This document shows positions 20,723-43,451 of a stretch of 64,000 nucleotides of DNA, piece by piece. Each line of letters opens with the position of its first letter. Positions within the stretch are counted from its first letter, which is position 1. The notes beneath the pieces were generated by a model. It was given only the letters and a program-made list of their open reading frames with translations, was not told the origin of the DNA and did no database searches. The stretch lies in the NCBI RefSeq assembly GCF_009914755.1, contig NC_060926.1; one strand, written 5' to 3'. A program made the translations under genes and the position numbers. This stretch comes from the human T2T-CHM13v2.0 reference genome, Homo sapiens.

Positions 20723-23334
20723 TACATCAAGAAAGAAAATGTTTTCCTCAACATCAATTCAGACACTAATTATATGTCCTTGGGGTCATGCATGTTTGGG
20801 TATATGTGTGTGTTCGGTCTAATAGTTACCCACAGGAAAACTAGAAAAAGAATGTGAAAGTATATTTGCATAACATACTGACAGTTACCTTGGAAAGAAC
20901 CAGACTTGGAATCTAAAGCCTAACTTGGAACTCCTCTGCTGAAGTGCACCCAGGATGTAATTCTAGACTGAGAAACTCAGACGTAGGTGAGGAAGATCCT
21001 GCAATTGGTCATTGTGTCCTTGGATTGCCCTGTTGGGGGAAGGAGAATTAATCATAGGATAACGCCAACTCTTTTGAGTAGGAGGTTTCCAAAAAGGGGA
21101 GGACAGGTTTGTACTCACTTAGGAAGAGAAGTCTACAGACAACCAGACAAGTAAGCTAGGAATTGGGATATGCCCAGGAAGAAACTTCTCCTGAATAATT
21201 ACATTAGAGAAGTAATGTAATATTGATCAGTATCAAATTGTACGAATCAGAAGGATAATTGGAAAGTTTAAGTTAGAAAGTTTTGGAGAAACAGTATGAA
21301 ATAGCTAGACCTTAAGGAGAGACAGATCTTGTGAAAAGAGACAAGTTGAGGAGAGAAAGTGGGTAGAATTGTGGAATTCTTGACTCTAGTCAAGCCAGTA
21401 TAGACAATAAATCATGGAGTAACTGATCTACGAAGTCTTGCCTGTACTATGCCTCGCTATCACTGCTTGAAAAGAAGAAGAAACAGTTGCTGTTGCTCAC
21501 TCTCCTGACTCTGCTCTTCTGTCACCCTGAGTGGATGGACTTGCCTGGATGGTTTGGGGTGAGGATAGGAAATAAAATAGGGAGTCAACAGTTATAATTC
21601 CTCTAATCATCCCCAACCCTTCCATAAAACACTATCTGCGAACAAGTGTTGTGTTGATGGCATGGAAGAAAAATCACAGTAATAGGAAGTATAACCTTCC
21701 TCGGTGAAGTGCTAACCCCCTCACTGAGATCCATGTGGCAATAGCAGCAACATCATCTCATCAAAGACAGTAGGCTCAGGGTTCTACATGGATAACAGCA
21801 GCTAAGTGAGTGTAAGCCAAGACTTAACAGAATGGTAATGAGGAGCATGGATCACAGAGAAGCAACTGCCCAGTAGATGAGACAAATCCTTCTTTACTTA
21901 AACATGCTAGAGAACATTGCAGGGAGAGTGGGATGCTTCATCATATGGAATTCTATATGGCTATGAAGTTCTACTCTATCTCCAAGATACTATATGTGCC
22001 TTCTTATTATTGATATCTGTAAGCAGGAAATATGAAGGGAACATAATCATCTAAAACGATTAAGTAACAATGCACATATGAGGATTCTTAATTGTGTGGT
22101 AAATTTATGCAAGAGAGGTTTAGACAAAAAATCAGTTTAAGCTGGACGGTAAACAAAAGGTTTCATGGAAACAATAACTCACCTCTGCTTTAATTCAGCA
22201 TTTTTCTGCATTCCTTCCAGAATAGGTCTTATTATTGTATCCTTCTTTCTTTATCCATACCCTCAGTCCTAACACTTATCTCAGTGCCTGCTGTTAGTCA
22301 TGTGGGTATTAATTAAATGGTTTATTGATCATTCCTAGCCAGTTTCTCTACCGATAGCCAATTAGTCCCCTTATCTTTCCTAAGTGAAGGCCATTACTAT
22401 TGCCCTTGTTGCTTGAGTCAGAAAGCTAGGTATCAGACTCTCCCTTGTTCCTCACATTCAAATAGCCACCCAGTCCTGCATTTTCCATTCCCTTCAGTGC
22501 TTTTTAAATCTCTTCTCTTGGCCGGGCATGGTGGCTCACACATGTAATCCCAGCACTTTGGGAGGCCAAGGCGGGTGGATTGCCTGAGCTCAGGATTCGA
22601 AACCAGCCTGGGCAACATGGTGAAAGCCCGTCTCTACTAAAAATACAAAAAATTAGCTGGGTATGGTGGCAGGCGCCTGTAATCCCAGCTACTTGGGAGG
22701 CTGAGGCAGGAGAATCACTTGAACCCGGGAGGCGGAGGTTTCAGTGAGCCGAGATCATGCCACTGTACTCCAACCTGGGTGACAGAGCAAGACTCTGTCT
22801 CAAAAAAATAAACAAACCAAAAAAGCTCTTCTTTTGATTATAATAGCCTTTATTGTGCCTTCTAATTCCTCTCTCAGTTTCCACTTCTCTACTTTCTGCC
22901 TCCTGTCACTACCCTCAAATCCATTCTCCACAGTGCTACCAAGTGTTTGATCTAAAACAGAAATTGAATTTTGTTACTTGCCCATCCTTCACTGGCTCTC
23001 TACTGACTTCAATATAAAATCCAAACTTGACCGGGCACAGTGGCTCACTCCCGTAATCCCAGCACTTTGGGAGGCCGAGGCAGGTGGATCATGAGGTCAG
23101 GAGATTGAGACCATCCTGGCCAACACGGTGAAACCCCGTCTCTTAAAAAATATACAAAAATTAGCCTGGGCGAAAGAGCAAGACTCCGTCTCAAAAAAAA
23201 GAAGAAGCTCCTCCTCCAGAAAACAATCCCTAGCCCCGTTTTCCCATTTAGGGTAGCCTCCCTTTGAGCACTAACTCTATCCTATGCATAGTATTTATCA
23301 CACTTTTGTTGTTGTTGTTGTTGTTGTTGTTTGA

Positions 23335-23493
<159 letters not shown>

Positions 23494-24224
23494 TAGCAGA
23501 GAGAGGGTTTCTCCATGTTGGTCAGGCTGGTCTCACACTCCTGACCTCAGGTGATCCACCCGCCTCAGCCTCCCAAAGTGCTGGGATTACAGGCGTGAGC
23601 CACCGCACCTGGCCTAATTACACTGTTATAATTACCTCTTTGCTTATTATCATTTCCACTGGTGGCTTTCAAACTACTTTACTAACCCACACCTATATAT
23701 TAAAAAAACACATTTTTTTTTTACAACTCCAGTACATACCAAAATAAAAATTTCACAGAGCAGTACTGAACCTTACTACATGCAACACACTCTGGTTATT
23801 TACTATTCCACACTATATTCTATTTCTTTATTCTAATTTTGGTTTCAACACACTAAATTGATATCATGCATGACCCTTTAGTGGGCCAAACTTACAGTTT
23901 AAAAATATTGCAATACAATGTGAACTCACGTAGATTCTAGAGCATGGTAGATGCTCAATGTAGGAATTGAAGAAAAAGATAAAACAAAAATCTGTGTATC
24001 CCTAGCAATTAGTGCAGGGTAAGGTACAAAGCAGTGGTTAATAAAAATGTTTGAGAACAAAATAAACACAAAATTCTGGGATAGATCATCTTCATGAATC
24101 ATATTCCCCCCATCACTTCCCTTTTTAAGAATAAAGATTTCTTGGCAGAGCGCGGTGGCTCACTCCTGTAATCCCAGCACTTTTGGAGGCCAAGGTGGGT
24201 GAATCACCTGAGGTCAGGAGTTCA

Positions 24225-24486
<262 letters not shown>

Positions 24487-25299
24487 TTAAGATGAAAACA
24501 TGGACATGTAAAAACATATACAGAGACAGGCAAAACTGGAGAAGGAATAAAACTTGTTGTATTTGAAGGGGATGGTGAGATAGAGAGGCACGATTCTGAA
24601 AGCCAGCTGTTAGGTCTTCTTCCAAAAAAGGCTTGAAGTGGTAAAGTCACCAATGTCCAGGATATGGTCATCAGTTCTGTATGTCATAAATCATCTTGTA
24701 AATGGCCCAAATATCACTTAAGCTAACCAAATTAACAAGATACTGATGAATAACCAATATAAGCTAATATTTACTGAGTACTTACTTTGTTTCAGGCACT
24801 ATTATAATCACTTTCTATGAATCTATCCTCAAACAACTCTGAAGTAGGGTAATTTCATGTCATTATCTCCATTTCAAAGGTCAGGAAACTGAGACTGGGA
24901 GATTAAGCAGCTTTCCCAAGGTTATAAAACTAATAAATGGTAATAAAGTTATAAAAAGAATAATAATGAAAACATTGTGAAAAATCTCTCAGAAAGTAGA
25001 GCAATACACCAAGAAAGAGAGGGAAAGGATTTAAATACAAAGAACTAATCCAGGGGGCCCAATAATTGAATTCTAAGAAGTCTGGGGGAAATAGAAATTT
25101 AGCATGATAGAAAAGAAATTATCAAATAAACAACGCAAGAGAACTTTTCATATCCAAAAGATGAGTATTCAAAGTGTTCTCTGTGTACCCAAAACAATGA
25201 ATAAGAAAGGCTCCATACCAAGGCACATTTTGAAATATCAGAACATTGGAGATAAAAAGAGAAAAAAAAAACAAAAAAACACAATAACAAAAAAAAAAA

Positions 25300-26130
<831 letters not shown>

Positions 26131-26851
26131 TTCAATAGCAGCTTCATTTTACATTATTCTTGATCCTTATTCCACCTGTACCTCATACGAAGAGCATTGG
26201 CATTGGCTAACATTTCAAATTTCATCATCCTCTGATGATATGATAGGTGTGGGACTATGTGTGGTCACTGTGTTAGCAACACTGATTGCCACACAAGAGA
26301 TGGTATGTGAATTTCTTACAGGCAAGTGAAACCTGTAAGATACTGGGGCTTGAATTGCCTTTACAGTATTCCACCCAAAAACAAGGCCTACTGACAGGAG
26401 ACCACAGCAGCAAGGAGCCAGAGTTTCCTTGTCAGGAAATTGGTATAATGCGGAGGCCCCTGTAGGCTCATTGAAGTAATTAAGAATGCATGCTATCTAA
26501 GAGGCAGTAAGAACATCGATGATCAATGTCAGCTGGAGAAGTAGAGATGACCAAAAGTGAATATAGTTAAGTAGCAAGATTCATTTCTTCTCTATTCCTA
26601 CTTCTAACCCCTAACCTGGAGGAGTTAGCCTTGAAAAAAAAAAAAAACGAAGAAATATCCTAGAACCAGATACCACCCCCCACCTGCCCCCAACCCAATC
26701 TTAAGGAGCTTAGAGAGGGAGAATGCATAAAAAATTGACCAGGATCTATTACACATCTCAGGTCCCTATGGCTACAAATCTGGCCAGCAATGGGGAAGTT
26801 TTAAAACTAGTCCAAGTTTAAAATTCTGAAGTTTTAAAGTAGTCCATGCTA

Positions 26852-27204
<353 letters not shown>

Positions 27205-27479
27205 CTATGGAATCTGCCTGGGGGGAAAGGATATTCAACACAGTACTGAGGAAACAGTGACTTGAGAAAAAGAAAACATTTTATTTTTGAATCTCCACCA
27301 AGTTCAGATTCCTTAGTAATCTGGTCGCATAAAAGTATGAGTAGAAAATAGTTTATTACATAAGTTAAGTGAATGAATCAGAACTTGAAATTGTATGTAT
27401 GTGATAAGCACAATTGTATAAATAATCTGAATATATTAAAGTCTGGAGCAGATACTTGAATTTTCCCTAAATCACAATT

Positions 27480-27950
27480 TTGCATAGGGTCAGCAATGAC
27501 CACATATCTAATCAAACGTACTATAATACTTCTTTGTGTTATTTATTTGTTTAAGATGTAAAATAGGTTTATTTAGCATGATTGCTTTTCACAAACCTAT
27601 GTTAGATGATGGATACTTGGCTACCTTCTGTGGATCTATAAATTGCAGGGGTTTTCTTGTGGGGGCTGGTTATTGTTTTTCAAAGATTTAACACTATAGT
27701 CTTGCAAAGAAGCAGACTAAACAGAGCATGATCCCTCAGTTCCTCCCTTTTCCATTAAAAATTGAGTATTTTGCTTGACTTTTCCCGTTATCTGCAATCA
27801 TTCCAGTTTGCAGGGAGTCCATACATATAATTGTTAATATTGCAGATATTTCAGAGAACATGTCTTTGAGCCTTCCAGTGAAGATTCCTTTGGCCCACCT
27901 GATGTGAAATCATCTATCCTAACCCATTCTATCTCACTCCAATTTCTATA
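27480..27950 (-). mobile_element. Ancient CR1/L3 LINE remnant
   Basis: The minus strand of ~27565-27605 reads like a decayed QHGFVKxRSCxTNL motif of CR1 reverse transcriptase. Boundaries are uncertain. Confidence 0.45.
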
Positions 27951-28776
27951 ACATCATTGGTAATATTTGTATGAGGACTCTAATTTATGAAGTCTTCCTC
28001 CCACACTGAAACATTTTAGGGCACTGGAGCAAGGTAAGAATCTCCTGGAACTACTTGTGGTACACTGATCTCATATGTAGGAGTGCCTTAACCTCAAGAC
28101 TGGCACAAAAAAAGATTAAATGTTCATGGTTATCATTTTTTTTTAAAAATCTCAACCTTGTATGACCCCAGTGAAAAATACATATGAACTAAACAGCATA
28201 AAAATAATGAGGTTTATCAAAGAATGACCCTTTCAAATCACAGCTATTGTTCTTATCTGTCACATGATTTAGATAATTATCTTTCTACCTTTAGTAAATG
28301 GATGTGTTGTAATATACTAAATATACAACACAATTTTCATTTGTGGTTAGATATGTACTCATATATAATTAAACCTTATAGTAGTAAATAAAATTGTCAT
28401 TTGGTATTTAAACATATAATCTATTTCATTTAACAAAAAGCAAAGCAAAACCTAAGGAAATTAAGTCATACTGATACTATTTGAATGAATTGGACATTTG
28501 TCATCTCCCTGCTGCAGTCCTATATTTACTCAAAAGTACAATACGAACTTCAAAATATGAGAATAAAATAACTTCAAAGTCCACATGCAAAGGAAAAAAT
28601 AGCAAACATCTTTACCAAATGAAAGAAACATACAATTTAGCTCAGCAGGACTTCTACACATCCAAGGACAATGTAGGTTTGCAGCCACACATTTTTGAAA
28701 AAGAAAATTTCTTGGCTGGGCACAGTGGCTCACACCTGTAATCCCAGCACTTTGGGAGGTTGAGGCAGGTGGATCA

Positions 28777-29136
<360 letters not shown>

Positions 29137-29252
29137 TCACTTGAGGTCAGGAGTTCGAGACCAGCCTGGCCAACACGGTGAAACCCCGTCTCTACTAAAA
29201 ACACAAAAATTAGCTGGGTATGTTGGCGGGCACCTGTAATCCCAGCTACTCA

Positions 29253-29423
<171 letters not shown>

Positions 29424-30258
29424 TTATTACTTTTTTAAATGAAAATTTTCATTTCTCCAAGTATTCAGAATATTACATGTTTTTTAAAAAGTCACATTCA
29501 TATTTTTAGATAAGATTCAGTTAATGAGAATATAACCCAGTATCTCGGGGTAAATAGATCATTCCATTTATATAGGGATTGTCCTTAAGGATCAGGCAGG
29601 GAAGGAAGGGGATAAAGAAACCTGAGAGGGGGCCTAAGAAGAGAAGATATGGGCAAACTTAAATAATGTATTCAATACAACAATTAATCTGAATAAAAGT
29701 CTTTAGTAAATGTTAGTTAAAAGAATTGCTCTCACTTCAAGTGAGAACTCAGGGATGAAGATAACATAGATCCAGCCTTGTAGAGTATAAGGAAATGGCT
29801 GTGCTTTGGTCAAGGAGGGGCCAAGGTAACTATCCAGAGTGACTCAGAGAGTTTAGAGCGCAGGCGTATAACTCCACCTGTTATCACAGCCATGTAGCCA
29901 TAACATAGGAAGGCCATCACTTGGTTCTACACCACATTGTCTGTAAAAGGTATAAATGCCCTACTGACACCGTACAGGCATGCTCGCACCCAGAGAAAGA
30001 GAGCGAGCCAAAGCTGTCCATCTTACAGATGGACAGGAGGGATCCAGGACACAGCTAGACTTGCTTGTCCTCAGAGAGAGAAAAAGTTAAGCTGCTGACC
30101 CTGAAAGCAAGGGAGAGGCGGCTGGCGCCACTGTGCATGGGAGCCACAGGCTCAAGCAGCCCGGACAGAGCAGACAGTGTAAGAGAGCTGCTGAATAAAG
30201 CCGTATTTCACCTGCCTACAGCCCCCCGAGTGTTCTTCCACCTATTTGCCACTCATCC

Positions 30259-31260
30259 TGTAACCGACCAAGGGGTTCACCTTGCCCGCTGCCTAGACAG
30301 AGCCAATTCATCAAGACAGGGGAATTGCAATTGAGAAAGAGTAATTCACGCAGGGCCGGTTGTGTGGAAGACTGGAGTTTTATTATTATTACTATTATTA
30401 TTGTTATTATTTTGAGATGGAGTCTCGCTCTGTCGCCTAGGCTGGAGTGCAGTGGCGCAATCTCGGCTCACTGCAAGCTCCACCTCTCCGGTTCACACCA
30501 TTCTCCTGCCTCAGCCTCCTGAGTAGCTGGGACTACAGGCACCCGCCACCATGCCCAGCTAATTTTTTGTGTTTTTAGTAGAGATGGGGTTTCACCGTGT
30601 TAACCAGGATGGTCTCGATCTCCTCACCTCGTGATCCGCCCGCCTCGTCCTCCCAAAGTACTGGGATTACAGGCGTGAGCCACCGCGCCCGGCCAGGAGT
30701 TTTATTATTACTCAAATGAGTCTCCCTGAGCATTCCGGGAGCAGAGTTTTTAAGGATACCTTGGTGGGTGGGGGGAAGCCAGTGAGCCAGGAGTGCTAAT
30801 TGATCAGAGATGAAATCATAGGGAGTCAGAGCTGTCTTGTTGCGCTCAGTCAGTTCCTGGGTGGGGGCCACAAAATCAGATGGGCCAGTTTATTGATCTG
30901 GGTGGGGCCAGCTGATCGATCAAGTGCAGGGTTTGCAAAATATCTCAAGCACTGATCTTAAAAGCAGTTTACGGAGGGTCAGAATCTTGTAGCCTCCAGC
31001 TGCATGACTCCTAAACCATAATTTCTAATCTTGTGGCTAATGTTAGTCCTACTAAGGCAATCTAGTCCCCAGGCAAGGAGGAGGTCTGCTTTGGGAAAGG
31101 GCTGTTACTGTCTTTGATTAAACTATAAAGTTTCTCCCAAAGTTAGTTCAGCCTACGCCCAGGAATGAACAAGGACAGCTTGGAGGTTAAAAGCAAAATG
31201 GAGACAGTTAAGTTAAACCTCTTTCACTGTCCCAGTCATAATTTTGCAAAGGTGGTTTCA
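30259..31260 (-). mobile_element. Solo ERV1 LTR (LTR8-like)
   Basis: Minus strand begins TGAAACCACCTTTGCAAAATTATGAC and ends ..GGTTACA. A 4-bp TSD ATCC lies at 30255-30258 and 31261-31264. Confidence 0.85.
30389..30694 (-). mobile_element. AluY inside LTR8
   Basis: AluY diagnostic positions, with TSD GGAGTTTTATTATTA at 30374-30388 and 30696-30710. Confidence 0.9.
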
Positions 31261-32494
31261 ATCCACCTGCTCCCTCCGGACCTCAGCATGGGCTGGAACC
31301 TGACCCTGAACCTAACAGAGAAGTTATCAATAAGGAGCAAATAAGCTTAAAAGTAGAGAAGGTAATGATTCACCATTATCCCCAGAAGGACAGATCAGAA
31401 AGTTGAGGCAGTCCTTCTGTGATAAGCAGGCCTACCTTGGTGAATGAACATAGCAGGCCCTCAAAACAGCAAGCCTCAATGAAGCCTGCTGGAGAGAAGT
31501 GAGAGGGCAAGACTCTGTCTCAAAAAAAAAAAAAAAAAAAGTCTTACTCAGGGTGAAATGTGGGACTGCTGCATGGTACAGCAGCGTGTTCCTGTTTGTT
31601 GTGGGAAACCCGAGGAGAAGAGGAGGAAGGATATTATATTCACTGTATCAATTGCCCAGTACCTCTCCTTGATTCCATAAATGTATTCCGAACAGGTCTC
31701 TGGATCTGGGAAGATGACAGTTTACATTTAGTGTTTGAATGTTCAGGTGCTTAATTGATTGAAGGGTAGAGAGAAGGAGGGTAAGCTCCTGATGGGGAAT
31801 AGCCAGGCTTTCTTAGAGCTTGGTAAGAAAGCTGGAACCTAATCTGAGTTAAAATTGTCTAGGGAAATCCAGAGCTACTGGTGGGCTTGTCTCCAAGAAT
31901 ACTCCCATGTCCCAGAAAATTGTCTCTTTAGAGCTATTGTACCAGGGATACAATTTACTGTGGCAAAAGATCACCTCTTGGAAATTGTGTTGCTTACTCA
32001 CCTTCCGCCACAGCTATTCCCTGGTGACATTCAGAGGGCAAGGCCTGTGTTACACATGTGTTGGTAGTAATGGGTTAAACGTGGATGAGACACTTTTTAG
32101 TCCCTGATTCTAATCACATGCTTAAGGATGTTTTTTAAAGCAAAGAAACTTAGCAGTTTTCAATCTCAAGAGCTGTGAAATACTTAAACAACAGTGAAAG
32201 CTTAGTTATTTGGGAGGAAAAATATGTTCTTGGTATTACTACGCAGTCATTTAACAAACATTTAATAGGTATCAACCATATGTCAGACACAGTGACTTTC
32301 TCTGCAAAGTAAAGGCAGCAAATTGGCCCTTTCTACAACATGAAAGGGGAAGAAAAAAAGTAGAAAAACAGAACCATTTGAGAGACTTGGGCCATAATAT
32401 CAGCTTATCAGTTTCTTACTGATAATCGAGAGTGTGAAATTAAGGCAGGGACCTTCACGGGTGCACAAGTGATCTACTGGGACAGAAAGTATTA

Positions 32495-39656
<7,162 letters not shown>

Positions 39657-40029
39657 TAACGATTTTTGCGCGCTAAACGGTTCTTAGTAACCTGCAGAGT
39701 GAAAGCAGAGTACCTAAATATCATACTGTATACGTTAAAAACAGGGGAGAAAGGAAAAAAGGTGTTAAAGTTTACAGCAAAATGAGAAACAAATGAGGAA
39801 AACAAGTGAAAGCTTCTCCCGCAACTGAAACTCAACCTCTACATTTTACCTAGGTAAAATGGTAAAATTGCCCACAGGGCTCAGGTGTTTGGATGCACTG
39901 TCCAGGCCAAGAGGAAAGATTTTCAGCCAGTCTCCAAAACATCTCAGGGACGGGTATGGAAAACAGGCGTAAAGTGTCTGTATTGATCAAATCAACCCCA
40001 GAGAAACTTTCCTAGGGCCAGAGAGCATC

Positions 40030-40600
40030 TCAACCGCGAAAGTCCGTTTGCGGCCTCCTTCTCCACTTCAGGCCTGCAAAGCGGCTGACGGCATTCGCAG
40101 TGGCTAGGCAACGGCCCGCGCAGACTTCTCGGCGTTAGCCCCGCCTCTTGAGGCGCTTCCGCCGCCGGGCTCCTGGACACGCCTCCTTTAATTGGCTAAC
40201 GTCACGCTGGGAGTGGGCGGGGAAAATATGTCAGACTGTGCGGTCACTTCCGGCCCGGGAGCGCGCGGGTTGATTCGTCCTTCCTCAGCCGCGGGTGATC
40301 GTAGCTCGGAAATGGCGGGTAAGTTACCGGGAAAAGTTTACCAAGGGGAGGAGGCGGCCAGATCGGGGATAGAACGCCGAGACGGTGGTGACAATGCCCG
40401 CCTAGAACTTTCGGGCTGTAGCCTGGGTTCCAGAAGGCCTGCTTGGGACCGGAAGCGCGGAACTCTCAGCCCAGCAGCTCCTTGTTGGCGGCGGTCCGCG
40501 CCCCCGCCCCCAACTGCTTGGGGTTCTGCGCCTTCTGCCAGCAATCCGGCCCCTACCGAGGGCCGAAGACGCCAGGGAAAAGCGTCATGATTTGGGCTCG
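40030..40600 (+). promoter_or_regulatory. CpG island / TATA-less promoter of HAT1
   Basis: CpG-rich segment with a reverse CCAAT box (ATTGG 40191-40195), CRE-like AACGTCA 40198-40204, GC box ~40215-40222, ETS motif CACTTCCGG 40245-40253, YY1-like AAATGGCGG over the start codon and E2F-like CCGCGAAA at ~40034. Confidence 0.9.
40312..40318 (+). CDS. HAT1: HAT1 coding exon 1 (MA + first base of G)
   Basis: gaa ATG GCG G|gtaagt: strong Kozak context and a consensus donor inside a CpG island, phase 1. Confidence 0.95.
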
Positions 40601-42850
40601 TAAAATGCCACATGCCTTGGGGCCTGTTTCTCTTCCCATTCCTTTTGTCCACTGCTGCTTGCTTCAGCTCTTGTACATCTGGTCCTGTTCCCGCCAGCTG
40701 ATTTTAATGCTCAGATCCTCCTCCTCTTCCAGGTCTCCGTCTACCTTCCACTACAGTCAACTTCTGAGCTAGCGCATTGCTGCCTTGCCCTGCTCTGGCG
40801 CTCCCACTTGGATCTCGACTGACTTCGTAGTCGTCTCGTTAATCTGTCACACTTTAGTATTCCGAGGATCGTATTTAGATGCCCTTTGAGAAAGACTTTG
40901 TTCCTGAACTGCTCCCTTCTCTTTTAGGGTTGGACTACTATAATACAATTCTCTTGTGTACATTCTAGAGACCCTTCAAGTTACAACATTTAATAATGTA
41001 TAATTGCTATTACTTTGTACGTGTATTAAGGCTGTTTTGGTGTGATTATTTTTTTCGATTACTTATCTTTTGAAGTTATGGACAGTTTCTTTTTCCTGAG
41101 ACAGGGTCTCTCTGTCGCCCAGGCTGGAGTGCAGCGATCATAGTTCCGGGCAGCTTCCAACTCCTCGTAGGCTCAAGCGATCCTCTTGCCTCAGCCTCCC
41201 GAGTAGCTAGGACTACAGGCATGCGCCACAACATTCGGCTAAAAAAAAACAATTTTTTTTAACCTTTTAGAGACAGAGTCTGGCTGTATTGCCTCAGGCC
41301 GGTCTGGAACTCTTGGCCTCAAGCCATCCTCTCGCCTCAGCTTCCCAAAGTGTTGGAATGACAGGATTGAGCCACTTCGCTGGCCTTTGTTGCTTTTATC
41401 ATCTCTTTACAGGGCATTCCTCATAGTCTCTCTACATTAACCATTCCATTTTTATGAATATGTGGGATAGACAAGCTGTTGTGTGAGCTCTACAGATGTT
41501 TAAAGAAGGACTTTTCTACCAGATGGAGATTGTAGGATCTTGAAGTACCACAGAAGAGGGAGGACGTACTCTAAGAATTACATCTAAATTCGAATTTTGG
41601 GCCCATCATTTAGTAGTTGGATGCCCTTCAACTAAACCTCTTTCTAAGCCTGAACTTTTGAATGTAAAATGGGGTTGATGTAATACCTACTTATAGAATT
41701 GTGCAGATTGAGCTAATATATGATTTCACAGGTTAAATTTTGTTGCTTACATTCCTCGAAGTAAATTCTGTAATCTCGGTTCTGTAGATTAGGGTCAGAG
41801 GGGTTAAGTAATGTGCTCTAGTTCCCTGAGCTTACTAGCTCAGTAAGTGTGTGAAATAGTCAGAATCCAGGAATTCTCACTCCAGACTATTAATCTGTAC
41901 TGCTTCAAGTCTTTCCCATTTTCTGTGTGTGTGTTTTAACCCCTTTTTGAAGTTTATAGCACATCATTGTACCCCTTTTTATTTTTTGCTTATGGCTTTT
42001 TTCTGTCTGAATTTTTACTGATTTTTTTTTTTTTTGGAGACTGAGTCTCGCTCTGTCACCAGGCTGGAGTGCAGTGGCGCGATCTCGGCAACCTTTGCCT
42101 TCTGGATTCAAGCAATTCTGCCTCAGCCTCCGGAGTAGCTAGGACTACAGTCACGCGCCACCACGTCCAGCTAATTTTTGTATTTTTAGTGGAGATGGGG
42201 TTTCACCATGTTGGCCAGGATGATATCCGTCTCGACCTCGCGATCCCCCTGCCTCGGCCTCCCAAAGTGCTGAAATTACAGGCGTGAGCCACCGCGCCCA
42301 GCCCATTTTTACTAATCATATGCCCATTTTGTCAGGAGATTTGTTATCTTGAAAGTTTCTCTTGATAGTGATATCTTCCAATGTTATTTATTATGTATAT
42401 TATTGAGTAGCCACTATGTAGTAAAACTATTGTGCCAGTAGCTCACAGTTTATGACTTTAGGCATACATGATTTTTAAATATTTAATACAGTGGAAAGAT
42501 GTTTTCTTTGTGCCCCTGTTCCTCTTCCTTCTTTCTTTACCCATGGTAACTATGGTTACCAGATATTTGTGTATTCTTCTTGAGACATTCCATGCATTAT
42601 CATTTCCTTATCTGAAGCACTCTGGTAGACTTTTTCCAATACTTAAAATGAAATTCTGTCATAATTATCAGAGGACATTCTCATTTTGCTTTTTACATCT
42701 TATAATGAAAAAGACGACTTAGGTATAAATCCTAGCAGGTAATTTGTATTAGTACATGTTCAGAAATGTTAGTAATCTATCATGTTAATTTTCAGGTTTA
42801 TTCATTTATATTAAGTATTCCTAGTTTATAAGCCTGTATCTCAAAAGTGA

Positions 42851-43116
<266 letters not shown>

Positions 43117-43346
43117 TGATCCACCCACCTCAGCCTCCCAGAGTGCTGGGATTACAGGCGTGAGCCACCGTGCCCAGCTGGCATTCTTAATACATTTATT
43201 TAAGAGTATGTGGAGAATGACTTGTGCTTTTATGATCTATCAGCATGTTTTAAATCATACCCCTATTCCACTTATAATAACCCTATTGCAGGTTTGACAA
43301 TTTAAGTCACTTCCAAACTAAACCTTTTAAAAACCTTTTCTCTTAG

Positions 43347-43451
43347 GATTTGGTGCTATGGAGAAATTTTTGGTAGAATATAAGAGTGCAGTGGAGAAGA
43401 AACTGGCAGAGTACAAATGTAACACCAACACAGCAATTGAACTAAAATTAG
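43347..43451 (+). CDS. HAT1: HAT1 coding exon 2
   Basis: Acceptor ccttttctcttag|GA and donor TTAG|gtatgt, 105 nt. The spliced product MAGFGAMEKFLVEYKSAVEKKLAEYKCNTNTAIELKL is the HAT1 N-terminus. Exon 3 is not seen in the window. Confidence 0.96.

Larger units (their letters stand above)
29786..31317 (+). mobile_element. Solo ERVL LTR (LTR18-like), split by an LTR8 insertion
   Basis: Starts tataaggaaatggctgtgctttggtcaagg and ends ..gaacctaaca. Contains a TATA box (gtataaa ~29950), AATAAA ~30194 and AP-1 site TGACTCA 29840-29846. Confidence 0.7.

Noticed and set aside
32398-32430. TTATCAGTTT..CTGATA resembling U2 snRNA stem IIa
   Set aside because: Only a short 8-bp hairpin. The flanks do not match U2.
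40319-40772. ORFs running through HAT1 intron 1 on both strands
   Set aside because: CpG island artefacts. A consensus donor GTAAGT at 40319 ends the coding exon.
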